Origin: Chrysomallon squamiferum
Taxonomy: Eukaryota; Animalia; Mollusca
Assembly: GCA_012295275.1 (NCBI GenBank)
Contig: CM022679.1
Coordinates: 4,340,001-4,404,000, forward strand
Length of the DNA stretch: 64,000 nt
Reading direction: 5' to 3'
Positions 43,035 through 57,917 of the stretch are shown here, piece after piece. Each line of letters begins with the position of its first letter. The first letter of the stretch is position 1. Under the pieces are notes generated by a model. The model made no database searches, was not told where the DNA came from, and saw nothing but the letters and a program-made list of their open reading frames with translations. Position numbers and translations under genes: made by a program.

Positions 43035-43169
43035 AACACACAGACAGACAGACACACACACATACAGACACAAACACCTACACACACAAACACACTGACA
43101 GACATACACACAAACGCACACACACGTCACAGTATTGTTAAATAATCATAAGTATTTGATCTTACACCG

Positions 43170-43790
43170 TTTTAATAATACTTTTAATTTACTGCTAATT
43201 ACAACATAAAACAAACATAAATTCCATTTTAATAAAAGTTATATAATATTATAACAGTGAATATATACCATCAGTCAATTTAATTATAATGTAAACTATA
43301 TCCATAAACGTAACCTTTCTGCTGTTATTTATATTAAAGCATTTAAATATCAACGTTTTTAACGTACTGTAAGCTAACTGTAGTTATTTTGTATTTTAAT
43401 GTAGGTAAAATCCTCTTGTTGCTTTATTAGACAATTACTGTGTTATTATAATGAATTATTTATACAAGATGGTTTTCTCTATTATGACATATCTAGCTGT
43501 TATGACATACTATGACATATTTTCAACTTTATTATAACAGTAATATTAATGCGCATTTTAAAACATTTACTCTATATATTATTATAACAGTAAATAGTAA
43601 CTGTTATTCTAACGTATTTAAATACCAACCATTTTGTCTCTGTTTTGTTTTAATAGTGAATGTTGTAACTATTGTAACGTTTTGATATAAAATATAGTTA
43701 TACCAGTTGATATTCAGCAGTTGTAACGTATCTTAATACTAATATTTTCTCTCCGTTTTATTATAACAGTGAATATTAGCTGCAAGAATG
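43170..43790. repeat. Degenerate minisatellite, about 55-65-bp unit (TTATAACAGT..ATAT...TAACGTA)
   Basis: ttataacagt recurs at about 43249, 43532, 43582 and 43761, with shared taacgt and ttttctct sub-motifs. Confidence 0.6.
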
Positions 43791-44159
43791 TTTATGCACA
43801 AAATTAACGCTGTTCCTTTTCGAACAGGGCTGGTTAACAAATTTTAAATGCTTTCAGTCAAATGGTTTATCGCCATTTTTAGTTTTATGTTGTATCGCTG
43901 TAGGAAATTTTTAACACGTTGTAATTCTAGCAGTTTATAAAACAGAACGTCAGATGTAGTGAATTTTAACACAAGCCACATGTTTTTCTATTACGTAAAC
44001 ACGAGAAGGAAATCGTGTCCAGGTACATACAAATATCGATCGTCAGTACCGTTTCATGTTTTACGATCCAAACCGGCTTCTCTCGACATTGTTTTTTTTT
44101 GTTTTTTTTTCACTGCCGAAAATCAAACCACAAAAATAACGACTACGAAAGTGGCTTAC

Positions 44160-44416
44160 CTTTTCAGAGTCTCTCCATTTGGCTGTGTTTGTTTCACCGT
44201 CAGCAAGCGAAGAGAGAGATAAACAGAGGGATATTCCAAACAGAAACTTTGGATCAGCCGTGTATACCTATCGTCTGCTGTGCATGCTTTACCGCCAACT
44301 GGATCTTGTAAATGAATTCCTACGGAGTCGCAATATGGCAGCCGCGTTGAGGTTTTGTTATCGCAGATACGACGACATTCGTTTCGTTTTCAAAACGTTC
44401 ACTGCGTCCCCACTGA
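44160..44416 (-). promoter_or_regulatory. Candidate non-coding first exon / promoter of the nAChR gene
   Basis: Strong donor AAG|GTAAGC at 44160/44159, a CpG-enriched non-repetitive segment, and an Inr-like TCAGT at 44416-44412. The signal-peptide exon has an acceptor that needs an upstream donor. Confidence 0.35.
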
Positions 44417-45172
44417 CATTTTGCTGTGCGCTGGGTTTTTTTTTTTTTTCGAACAGATAACAGGGCTGATACAAAGTGGGTGATTGTCGTTTGTCTGATG
44501 TGGAATATCTGATAGTGTTGTTATTGTTGTTGTTGATGTTGTTGGTTTAGTGAGAGTTGGGGTAGGGGTTATTTTGTGATCTCACAGCAGTGAACCATTT
44601 TAACATACCTTAGTTTAGAAAAATAACGAACAATAACAACATTTTTTTTTTTTTTTTTTTTTTTTTTTGTAGCAGCGTATTTTATTACAAGCCAGTAACT
44701 ATGAGTGTGTGTGCAAACAAATATAAACAAATACTCAAACAGACACGTATACTGACAATAAACAAAAACACAGACAAACGAACTAACTAACAAATAAATA
44801 TTTAACAAAGTCAGTTAATTAATTAATAGAAAATATGCATTTTTGCAAATAGTCATAAAATATTTACAAGTTCCTATTTAAGCACTTAAGCTTTTCCATA
44901 TCAACATAAGGGTGTCCCTGGCAACAATATATTTGAACAAAAAGGCTGGTATATTTGCATAGAGAAAAAAAATTAAATAATAAATAAATAAACTAAGATG
45001 CAAATATATCAGAGACATGTATATTCTAACTAGAAGGAAGCTATTATTTTACAAGCGTCTACATATGCCAGTATTTCAGTGTCAGTATAAGGGTATTCCT
45101 TCGTACGATACAAATTAATTTTAAAAAAGGCTGGTATAATTATACAGAAAAACAAATAAACAAACAAATGAA

Positions 45173-45215
<43 letters not shown>

Positions 45216-46697
45216 AATCACGAATTTTGTTTAGCACAACAGTATACTGTTTCAGAGCTGTAAATAATGACATCATAATCATTCTTATCTGAATTACTTC
45301 GTTTTTGAAAACCGTATCCAAAAAGCTTGGGGATTTCACTCTTGTTCACTTATCAGTAACAATATCTGCTTCTGTATCACATTTGTTTTGCTGAATTTCT
45401 ATTTACATTCACAGCTACTGCGACAGAAACGTATGATAACATAAATAATTGATACACAGGCAAAATCAACTGTTCCAAGCTTTAGGGATTTGACGTCTGA
45501 TTGTTACCTGTGAGTTTTGTTTGTACACTTACGTTATTATGACGCATTTGCTGTTAGGAGGTAAGGATATAAATAGTTGATGTACAGGACAGTATCATAA
45601 TGCTATCTGGTGTAGCCCTTGGGGAGACTGTTGTTCTTACCATCATCTGTTTAAGTTATTTGTATGTACGTATGTATGTGTGTATGTATGTATGTGTGTA
45701 TGTATGTAAATACGTATATAAGTATATATGTGTGTATGGGTGTGTGTATGTATGTATGTGAGTATGTATGTGTGTACGTATATATGTATATATGTTCGTA
45801 TGTATGTATGCGTGTGTATGTATGCAAGCATATATGTATTGTATTGTTACTAAGGTATGTTAAAATGGTTACCAATACACATTTAAAGAAAGTTCTGTTT
45901 CTCTCATCGCATGTTATTTTGAAAATACAAATCATGATACAATTCTAGAAATACATTTTGAAGCTGATTTTCAGACATACCATAACGATCCTACACATCA
46001 TTTATACTCATCAGAACACTCGTTCTGAACACTTTAGATCAGCCCTACAAAAGTGTAATATTTGTTATCCTAATTTACATAATTATAAAGTATCATTATT
46101 GTGTTAAATATGAATAGTTGACATAAACACGATAATTAGGAACATCGCAGGCCACAGCACTGAAAATTTAACCTGGAGGCGAGGATTGTCAGCAGCGATC
46201 AATAAAAGAGGTTCCGAATCGCCATGGAATTTAAAAATAACTACGGCTTGATTCCAAGATAATATTATTTTTTTTTTTTTCCAGTTCTATTTAAACTCGC
46301 GCAGCTGCGGCAAAATGGTGATAAAAAAGAGAGAACGTTTTAAATTTAGAGAGTTTTATAATGGTTTGTTTATTTAAACTCACTAACGAGTCTTCGTTTA
46401 ATATTACATTATTTGTTTGTTAGTCGAGTTTTGTTGTTGTTGTTTTTTGTTTGTTTGTGGGTTGTTTTTTTGTGGGTGTTTTTTGTGGGTTTGTGTGTGT
46501 GTGTCTGTTTGTGTTTGTGTGTGTGTGTGTGTGCCAGTGTTTTATCCATTTTAATTCTTCTTTTTTCTTTCATATTATTACGTTCTTTTGTTATTTCTTT
46601 CTTTATTTATTCAGTAATCTGTTTTTTATTAACAGCATACTTTTATTAAAGTTATTTTGTTTGCTGACATATATAGGCGTATTTGCTTGATATTTGA

Positions 46698-48133
<1,436 letters not shown>

Positions 48134-48288
48134 GATTAGCTTAAAATCATTATTTTATTTCTGTCGTTGTTGTTGATGATGATGTCGGCGGCGTTGGAGC
48201 CGTTGCTGAAGATTTACTGAAGGGAGTGGTCTGTTTACTTTTTTGGGGTCCCTTCATTTTTTTTTTTCTAATCATTTTATTTTTTTAT

Positions 48289-48322
<34 letters not shown>

Positions 48323-48483
48323 TTTGCGGAATTTTTTTTTTATGAAAAGAAAAGCAATCTAAGTGTCTAAGAAAATGTAAAAGTATTCTCAATTTAATAA
48401 AGTTTGATTTATTGGGATTTTTTTTTTTCCTTTGTTTCGTTTTTTGTTATTATTTTATTTTGTCATTAATTTTGTCATGAATA

Positions 48484-48590
48484 TTTAACGAAAATATGTC
48501 ATTAATATATTTATGAAAAGAAAAGAAAATAAAGAAAGGGAAGTATATAATACATTTACAAAATAAGAGTAATTTACTACTTATACGAGA
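48484..48590. repeat. About 100-bp dispersed AT-rich repeat, copy 1
   Basis: ttaacgaaaatatgt.attaata...aaaataaagaaag.gaagtat...acatttaca.aataagagtaatttact is shared with 52295-52392. Confidence 0.75.
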
Positions 48591-49248
48591 ATTTAATTGG
48601 GTTATTTGGGGTTATTTTGATTGTTTACTTTGAAACATTTCCCCATCTTACCCATTAACTTCTCTTAAGTTTTTTTCTTTATATATATACAAAACATATA
48701 TATATGTGTGTGTGTGTGAGTGTGTGTGTATATATATGTATGTATTGTATTTATGTGCGTATATACGTATGTATTGATATATGTATGAAAGTATGTTTGT
48801 ATGTATGTATGTATGCATGTATGTATGTATGTATATATATATGTATGTATCAATGTCAATATTTTTTCGTATTATTTTAATTTTGTCAGTTTTAATTTCT
48901 GTTCCTAATCTTCTGTTAATTTCCCTGCACGTGTTAATATTTTCCTATGATATTTAATTTCCCTATTTGGGCTAAAAGGAAATTAACTCTGATCTTGTGG
49001 CGTGGCTTGTCCACTCATGTTCTACTGGAACCACTGACATCAATAAACGTGCTGGCTGATTTCTTGTCAAACACGTATTTTGCAAACTGCTGCTGATAAA
49101 AAGAATTACTGCGGGTTCTGATTAGATTTTCTGATACATTTATTATTTCGATTTTGATGTGTTTTCTTCTGCAGCTGGGAGTCGTAAATTTTTGTGTCTT
49201 CTTTAGTGTAGAAAGTGGCGATTATCTTGACAACCTGTGTTAGGATGT

Positions 49249-49307
<59 letters not shown>

Positions 49308-49357
49308 TGTATGTGCAAGTTTGTATGTATATGTGTTTGTATATGTTTTATGTGTAT

Positions 49358-49563
49358 GTATGAGTGAATCAGTGTGTGTATATGTGTCTGTATAAGTATG
49401 TATGTGCATGTATGTGTTTTTGTATGTTTGTTTGTATAGGTGTATGTTTATATGAGTATGTATGAGTGAATAAGTGTGTTTGTGATGTGTCTGTATAAGT
49501 ATGTATGTACATGTATGTACATGTATGTGTTTTTTTGTTTGTATAGGTGTATGTTTATATGTG
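49358..49563. repeat. Tandem duplication of an about 100-bp GT-rich unit
   Basis: gtatgagtgaat.agtgtgt...gtgtctgtataagtatgtatgt.catgtatgt...tttgtttgtataggtgtatgtttatatg occurs twice. Confidence 0.7.
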
Positions 49564-50166
49564 TGTAGGTGTATGTGTAAAAGAGAAGGAGAAACAAAGA
49601 GAGATGTTCGTTTCTTTATTGTTATTTGGGTGTGGTGCTTGTATTTTATTTATTATAATAGTTATTATTTTGATCGTAAGTTAAAGAAATGCAGATTAAT
49701 ATATTTAAAGTCGTAATGTATTATCTGTATGTATATGATTGTGTGCTGTGTGTTTATTTATATTATTATAGGCAATAATAATATAAAAATGTTATTGCTG
49801 ATTTTGTTTTAATGATAATACAAATTTCAAAAATATACTGACAACCTTGAACTCATCGGCAACTACATTCAAAACAATCAAACAACACCGACAATAATGA
49901 CGATAACAATAACAGCTTTAACAACAACGATAACAGTAACAACGATAGCAGCAACAGCAATAACAACAAAAACATCAACAACAACAATAATAAGAATAAT
50001 AGTAATAGTAATAATAATAAGTTTGATTTATGTTACACATCTATTCTGCACAGTTCCTGTAGATTCGCGTTACACAAGACCAAAGCTACGTAACATGAAA
50101 CCGTTAAAAACAAAGCTTTACATACATACATACATACATATATATATCTATATAAAAAATCGTTAC

Positions 50167-50629
50167 CTTCTTAATTTGTTTTCCTGATAACTCGAACACA
50201 CACGTTTCTCATCTGAAGTAAATACAGCTTCAGATCTTCTTCTTCTATTCTCTTTTACTTCCTCCCTCCTTTCTTCTTCTTTCTATCCGTATTTCCTCGT
50301 ATTTATTTTTTTTTTTTTCTTCTTTTTTTTTTTTTTTTCTTTGTTATATACCCTAGCACTCTCTGTGTATATTTAAAGCGTTTGTATCGGAGAGTCGGCT
50401 CGTTTTAAAACGTGTGTCGTTTGATCGTAAACGTTGAAGCGATCGTTAACAAATCTCTTCTCAAGAATTTCTACAAGAGGTATACTATTCGACAGAAAGG
50501 CGATGTCTTTCTTCTCGGCGATCAATACCTCTGTCACGATACATTCATAACAGTCCCGCCGTTTTACAAAAGCCTTGGTTCTTTTTCCATTACGATATTT
50601 TCTTCTGTTTCTATTTCTTTTTCTTTTTC

Positions 50630-50666
<37 letters not shown>

Positions 50667-50940
50667 TAAGAAAAGATTCACAAAAACAACGACTCGGCAG
50701 AGTTCCAAATCGTTTCAAATGAATCTTATTGCTGCTGGTGATTTTCACATCAGTATTATTTGCGAAATAGTTCTCTGCCAACGGGGCAGGATGATAGGGA
50801 AGTCATTAGCTTCGTTAATCTGCATAGAACGCAGGCCTCATTCGGTTTGATTTGTGTGCAGAAAAATGTTTGGTATGTTTTCGTCTGTGGCGGCTCTTCT
50901 CGGTGATTCCTGGACACCCGGGGTCGAGTCTGTTACACGT
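50167..50940 (-). promoter_or_regulatory. Second candidate 5'UTR exon / CpG-rich promoter region
   Basis: Donor AAG|GTAACG at 50167/50166, preceded on the minus strand by purine-rich GAAGAA-type sequence and a CpG-enriched block at about 50380-50940. Confidence 0.25.
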
Positions 50941-51179
50941 GACGTTGTGAATTTACAATATTTCTTTCTTTTTCTTTTCTTTTTTTAAATATTTTTATTT
51001 ATTTATTTTATTTATTTTATTTATTTATTTATTTTATTTTTTTTTTGTTTCTTTGTTCTTGTTATACATTTAATACTTGGTGGTATTTATTTAATATAAA
51101 TAAAAGAATAAAAACAGTTGCAGGCAGAAATAAACATGAAGGGATACCAGTATTGCAAAACACACTCAGAAACTGAGAG

Positions 51180-51307
<128 letters not shown>

Positions 51308-51877
51308 CACATAAAGAAAAAAAAGAAATGCCAAACAGGCAGACACACACACACACACACATACATACACACATACAGACAGAGAGTATAGGAAACCGAG
51401 ACTGCATTTTGGTTATTAAAATAAATTAAGTGTGAAAGCAAACACAAAACAGTCCTGGAATTCCCACCCACCAGTTTCAACTTTTAACTTCGTAGATTCA
51501 AAAAAACCCCAATAAATATATAAAATAACACACGTTTCAACAGCCACGCATTTTTACCTCTGCCATTTGTCATACGTTTTTTGTGGGGTTTTTTGACACC
51601 TAAAGGTTCTCTAACGGTTCAGACACCACTAACAACGCCTTCTCTTTCTTCCCCAAGCACCTGCTCTGTCTCTGAGACTTCGCCTGACAGTTGTATCAGA
51701 GGAAACGTCGGTTTGCTCTCTGCTAATTAGGTGTAATGAACTGATGGCAGCTGGGCATGTTTTTGAGGTGTAGAACGCTTAATTCAATCTTACTTACAGA
51801 CCCCGTAGATATTTTCTTTCGTACGTAGATTATTCAGCGGTAATCAGCTATGAAATGAAGTAAATAAACGTTTTATT

Positions 51878-51932
<55 letters not shown>

Positions 51933-52294
51933 AATTGGGGTAAGCGATATCTACACAGAAGTGATGATGATTTCAAATTTACTGTATTTTCTTTTCTTTT
52001 TCTCTTATTTTTATTATTATTATTATTTTTTTTTTTTTTTTTTTTTTTTTTTTGTGGTACATGCAGATTCACTGTCTGTTCGTATTGCTTTGTGCTTTGA
52101 AAAATATAGCTTAAATAAATCTTTGTCAAAAAAACATTGTTTTATTTTTATTTTGTGAGATCTAACGTCTCAAAGAAATAATTGTGTAAGATCATATTTG
52201 TATTTTTTTATTATTTCTATGCGATTAAAATAAACGTTATAATTTAAAATTGATGCTGCTTTATTTATTTATTTATTTTTTATTTTTTTTTTTT

Positions 52295-52392
52295 TTTAAC
52301 GAAAATATGTTATTAATACATAAGAAAATAAAATAAAGAAAGAGAAGTATTTTTAAACATTTACACAATAAGAGTAATTTACTTCCTGTATT
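52295..52392. repeat. About 100-bp dispersed AT-rich repeat, copy 2
   Basis: Same orientation as 48484-48590. Confidence 0.75.
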
Positions 52393-52988
52393 AGAAACAA
52401 GAACTAATGAATAATAAACGGTACAGATGCTATGTTCACTCGAAGAAGAAATTCTAAGATAAGATAAGATCCGATAAAATGATAATAAATAAAGTAAAAT
52501 AAAGCAAAACAAAGTAAAATGAAAAAAAATAAAATAAAATAAAATAAAATAAAATAAAATAAAATAAAATAAAATGAAATGAAATAAAATATAATAAAAT
52601 CTAAAATGAAACAGAAACAATAAAATAAAACGAAAAATATGAAGAAAAATTTCTTACGTGTTCCATAACAAAATGAATGATGAATTTTAGATACAGCTTC
52701 TTTCATTCTCTTTAATATTCTACATTTCGGTTTTCTTTGATTCACATAAAACTGCAAATGGTTAGTATTTTTTAATTTTGATTTATTTATTTTAACTACG
52801 ATGAACGTTAAAAGATCGCTTATTTGAACTGGACAAGTCTATTCAAGAGAAAGTAAGAACGATTTTATTTTCCGATTTCTTTTGTAATATTTATTTATTA
52901 TTATTTTTTTGTTTTTATAACAAAACTCTTTTTTATTTTATACACCAGCAGAATATTAAAATGTGTTTACATGTTTTGTGTTTTAGTT

Positions 52989-53021
<33 letters not shown>

Positions 53022-53459
53022 TAAATAAATAAATAAATTAAATAAAAAAAAGAATGAAAAATGATAAAAAATAAAAATGTCCATTTAACTCACGGTGTTT
53101 AATTCTTGGGAAGTGTTTTTGAAAATAATTTTTAATTACTCTGGTGCCAGCAAAAAAACAAGAATCAGAAACAATTTCACTGGACGTTTGTATACAAACA
53201 TTTGTTTTTCAATTAAAAAACACGTTATTTTATAAAATGTCCCTTTACAGTCATACAATACTTTTGTTTGTTTATTTATTTAGCATGTTGAATGTGTGAC
53301 TTCTAAATGTTTCACGACAGTAAAGAATGTGAGGCTATAATAAAAATTGGTTTCTGACAAACTGTCTTCAACAGTTTGTGTTAAACTTCACATTATACTT
53401 CTAACCAGATGAGTCTGTTTTGTTTTTATCTTATTCGTCTTATTTACAATAACCAGTTC

Positions 53460-53539
53460 ACTTGTTTGTTTTTTGTTGTTGTTATTTTTTTTTTTTTTTT
53501 TTTTTTTTTAATGTTATTTTTTATTTATTTTTTTTTATT

Positions 53540-53575
<36 letters not shown>

Positions 53576-54325
53576 ATAATAATAACAAAAAAAAAAAATC
53601 TTTATTTTTGTCTCTGCCTTCTCTGTCTCTCTATTTCTTCAAATTTAATTTGATAACGTTTTTCTGTTTTTCTTCTCAGCTGTTATTTTGGTTTCTGAAA
53701 ATTCAATATATTTTCTATCCTTTTAAAATATTTTTTGTTGTTTTTTCTGATCTTCATTTTTTTTTCTCTCTCTCTCTCTCTTTTTTTGTCTTATTTCTTT
53801 TTCCATTTATTTCCTTCTTTCTTTTTTTTCTTTTTATTCTGTAACTGAAAATTAAGTATGTTTTCTCTCTATTTCTAAACACCCTTTGTGTCATTTCTTT
53901 TTTTTTTTTCTTTCTTTCTTCTTTCTTTCTTTCACTGTTTTGAATGTTTCTTTTTCTATTTATTTGTTTCTTTTCATTTTTCTTTTTATCATTTCATTTT
54001 TCTTTCTATTTCATGTGTTTTATTCAGTCTTTATTTATTTTATTTTATCTTTCTCTATTTCCTTTTCTTTTACTTTCTTATTTTATGTTTTATATTTTTT
54101 TTTTTCTTTTTTCTAATTTTTTTTTTTCTTTAAATTTATTCCGTTTATTTTATTTTTCTTTCTTTTTTTTTTAAATTTTCTTTAAATTTATTCAGTTTCA
54201 TTTTTTCACCTTTTTCTTTCTTTCTTTTTCCCTTCCTTTATTCATTTAATATCAGTTTCATTTTTTCTTTCTTTCTTTCTTTCTTTCTTTGTTCCTTTCT
54301 TTCTTTCTTTCTTTTCTCCCCTGTG
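53460..54325. repeat. About 860-bp T-rich low-complexity (polypyrimidine) tract
   Basis: Dominated by T/C on +; it is the source of the Phe-rich spurious ORFs. Confidence 0.85.
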
Positions 54326-54562
54326 TTTTGACTTAACGCAGTCAAGCCTGTGTTTAATGTTATTTGTGTCTTAGGTCCTCGTCTTGCTACCTAATTTTGT
54401 TAACTTTATTTTAGTTTTCTCCATTGTTTCTTAAAAACAGTTGGTAAAAAAATTCAGAAAAAAACAACAACAAATGTTAGTGGTAAAAACAATATATAAA
54501 ATGGAAAATAAAAAATATTTTTATTCCGGTGACAATGATCGCAGGAACAACACCGTCAACTA

Positions 54563-54636
<74 letters not shown>

Positions 54637-55247
54637 TCACTACTATTGATATTAATACAAATACTAAAGCTAATCATACTACTAAATTGATATTAACATT
54701 GTTACTATTAATGATGATCGTGAAAATAAAAATAATTGATAACAATAACAATATAATAGTAGTAGTAAGTAAGTAAGTAAGTAAGTAAGTAAATAAATAA
54801 ATAAATAAATAAATAAGTAAATAGTAGTAATAGCAATCGACATTAGCAATAATAACAGCACAAAGGTAAAGATTCTGTGATACATTTATTATTAGCCTAA
54901 CAGACACAGAGGTATGAAAAAGTTAGTTTCATTAATTGATTATTGTTTAATATGCACGTGTTATTGCAAATAAATAGCCCGCACAGGTACACAGCAATAA
55001 ACAAATTTACACTAATGTGTTAACTGATAAATATTGATTCACGCTGAAATGATTGGCCCGTACAATCTGATATTTATTATGCATTGTATACCTGCGTGAA
55101 TGCCTCGGAGAATTAATACGAACGTTAATATTCAACTAATGATTTTTGTTCCCTTTCAAAACTATTAATCGAATTAGAGTTAGAGTTCTCACTGCGGGTT
55201 ACAGTTAGTCCACCTGAAATATGTGCTTGAATGTGAGACACACACGT

Positions 55248-55328
<81 letters not shown>

Positions 55329-57136
55329 CTGAAATGTCTGCAATCTCACTTCATATAAATATTTATATGCAGAATTATAGGAAGTGACTTATCTGCAAAT
55401 GTATATGTTTAAATGTGTATTATTTGTGTCTGCCAGATTACGAGCAGTTACTTACGTATGATTATTTGCGATGCACGTAATTATTAAAAGGTTTACGTGT
55501 CTATAAAAAACTACATACAAATATACTAGATGCTTTATTAAAAGTGCGTGTGTATTTGCTCAAATTCTTTAAAAAAATAAACTATCAGATAATGGAATTG
55601 GTACAAAAGCAAAAATTAAATTTAAAAAAAGAGAATAAGAATAATAATAATAACAATAATCCTGTTGGAGTGACGCTATGACGTCAATGACATACAGTCA
55701 GTGCGTATACCATCTACACTGTGCGGTATTAAAATAGAACTGCACGCGTGCAGATTCGCGTGTCTGTTAACACTTAATTTTAATATGCGAGACACACAAA
55801 ACCAGCTAAATAAATTGACGACGTGTTTACTCGGCGAGGTGTCTGTTTCCTCGCCAGGTATTCTTCATCCTGCGTGCATTATCATTTATTTCCACAGGTG
55901 AAAAACGTCGGGGGTATTCCTCAGTACTAGAATTGTGTCGGGGTGACCTAGGCGTGTTTAGAACGACTGGCGTTGTTAGAAGTTTTCTTCAGTACTTTCT
56001 AGGAAAGAGGGCAAAAGCTGGCAGATACAATTTTGGAAACCTTTCATTTTTGTAACAGAGCAGGATCGAACCCAGTCAAGTGTGTGGGGATTATTTTTGT
56101 TGTTGTTGTTGTTGTTGTTTATTTTTCTATGTAGTGTAAAAGCTATTACAGAAATTATAGGGAGAGTTCACTGGGTATAATTATTGTGTAATGTACTGCA
56201 GCAATCCTGGCAGTTCGGTGAATGAAATACAATCCATTGATTATACATAAACAAAGACATACATACATGCACATATAAACACTTACATGCTGCACATATA
56301 TAAAAACAAAGACATATATACATGCACAAATACATAGGTAGATAGATAGTAGATAGATAGATAGATAGAGAGAGAGATAGAGAGATATATACATACATAC
56401 ATACATATATATATATTATATACATACATACATTCATCCATCCATCCAACCATCCACACATCCACACATATTTACATTCATCCATGTTATTCATTCTTCC
56501 ATCCATCCATTGACTTTCGCTCCCTTCCACCAACTCTTCCATCCATACATCCATCCGTCCATCTATTTTTTTTATCTAAGTGTCTGTTTATAAACCTATT
56601 ACTGTGTTTACAGATTTGCTTTCCTGAACACGCTGGAAATCGTCCCAGGATTAAGTATGTTTGACATTGAGATTTAGACAATGTAAAAATTCCCCACTTT
56701 TGCTAATCGTGAGCACTGAAATCACCGCAGATTACCGAAGCGTTCCTAATTTCGATATACATAAACCGTCATTCCGTTTTTCCGCATCGGTGCGTTTCCA
56801 ATCATCGTTTGAAAGACTGAGCTGCGGATTATTTCAGGCAAATTCAGGGATGTTTTAGTTTACGTCTGGATGGCTCTGTTCAAATATTAATTGTTTGTTG
56901 AATTAACTTTCTGATTTGCTTCTTTGATCTCCGCTGACAAAAGGAAATTTTGTGATTGTGAGAATGAGACGATGGGAAGTGTTAAATAGATATAAAAGAT
57001 AATATTATTCATTTTTGTCATTTTTTTTTTAAAGCAGTTTTGTAACATGGTATGTGTACATGCATAGGTAGCAGGAATTAAATATCTGCTAATTAAATAA
57101 GTCCACAATGCACACAAATTTTGTCGTAGTCTAAAA

Positions 57137-57187
<51 letters not shown>

Positions 57188-57820
57188 GATAATAATAATA
57201 ATAATAATCACCTAATATAAAAACAAAAAAAACATGAAAATATTTAAGAGATTAGATACGGAGTTCTTATTAGAACGGGAAATATCTCAACGTAGGAAAT
57301 GCAGAGGTCTAACACTTCGTATTGCATTCAGACAAGCATTTTACCATCACGCTTTTCTTGACACCTCGTCCTATTTTCCTCTTGACCTTTTGCCGTAGTG
57401 CACGGTGTTTCGTGTCCCACCGCTTCGACCGAGCACCTTTTTCAAAACTGTAATTACTCGGTTTTAATTAAGCAAATACGGGAACCATTTTTCTGTTATC
57501 GCATGTTCGTGACCTCCTGATACACGGAGTTGCCAGAGTGCCAGCTCATCGACTTTGAGTCTCTGTTTCTTCAGGATGCTTAATTCATGATTTTCATTTA
57601 TATTTCAGGGGCTGGTGTTAAATAACGCAACAGTCGGCGCGGTAGCTGACGTGATGGCGTGACGAGGAATAGTCTCGGATGAGGCATCGCGAAAGACGTA
57701 AACAGAGGCAAGAGGTAAATAAATAAACAGAAAGAATAAATGAATGAGCCACGGTGATAAAATTTGTGAAGTCATCCAATGTGAACTGTCTGAGAGAGAG
57801 AGAGTGGGTGGGAGCAGGGG

Positions 57821-57824
<4 letters not shown>

Positions 57825-57914
<90 letters not shown>
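57825..57914. repeat. (AG)n microsatellite (others of the same polarity at 41998, 55250, 61354, 62719)
   Basis: Seen directly. Confidence 0.95.

Positions 57915-57917
<3 letters not shown>

Noticed and set aside
43485-43730. Partial matches to miR-9 (atctagctgt) and miR-1992-like (tcagcagttgta) sequences
   Set aside because: Short matches inside a degenerate minisatellite, with no full mature sequence and no hairpin.
56055-56085. tRNA gene suggested by a B-box (GGGTTCGATCC on the minus strand)
   Set aside because: No A-box or cloverleaf; at most a SINE fragment.
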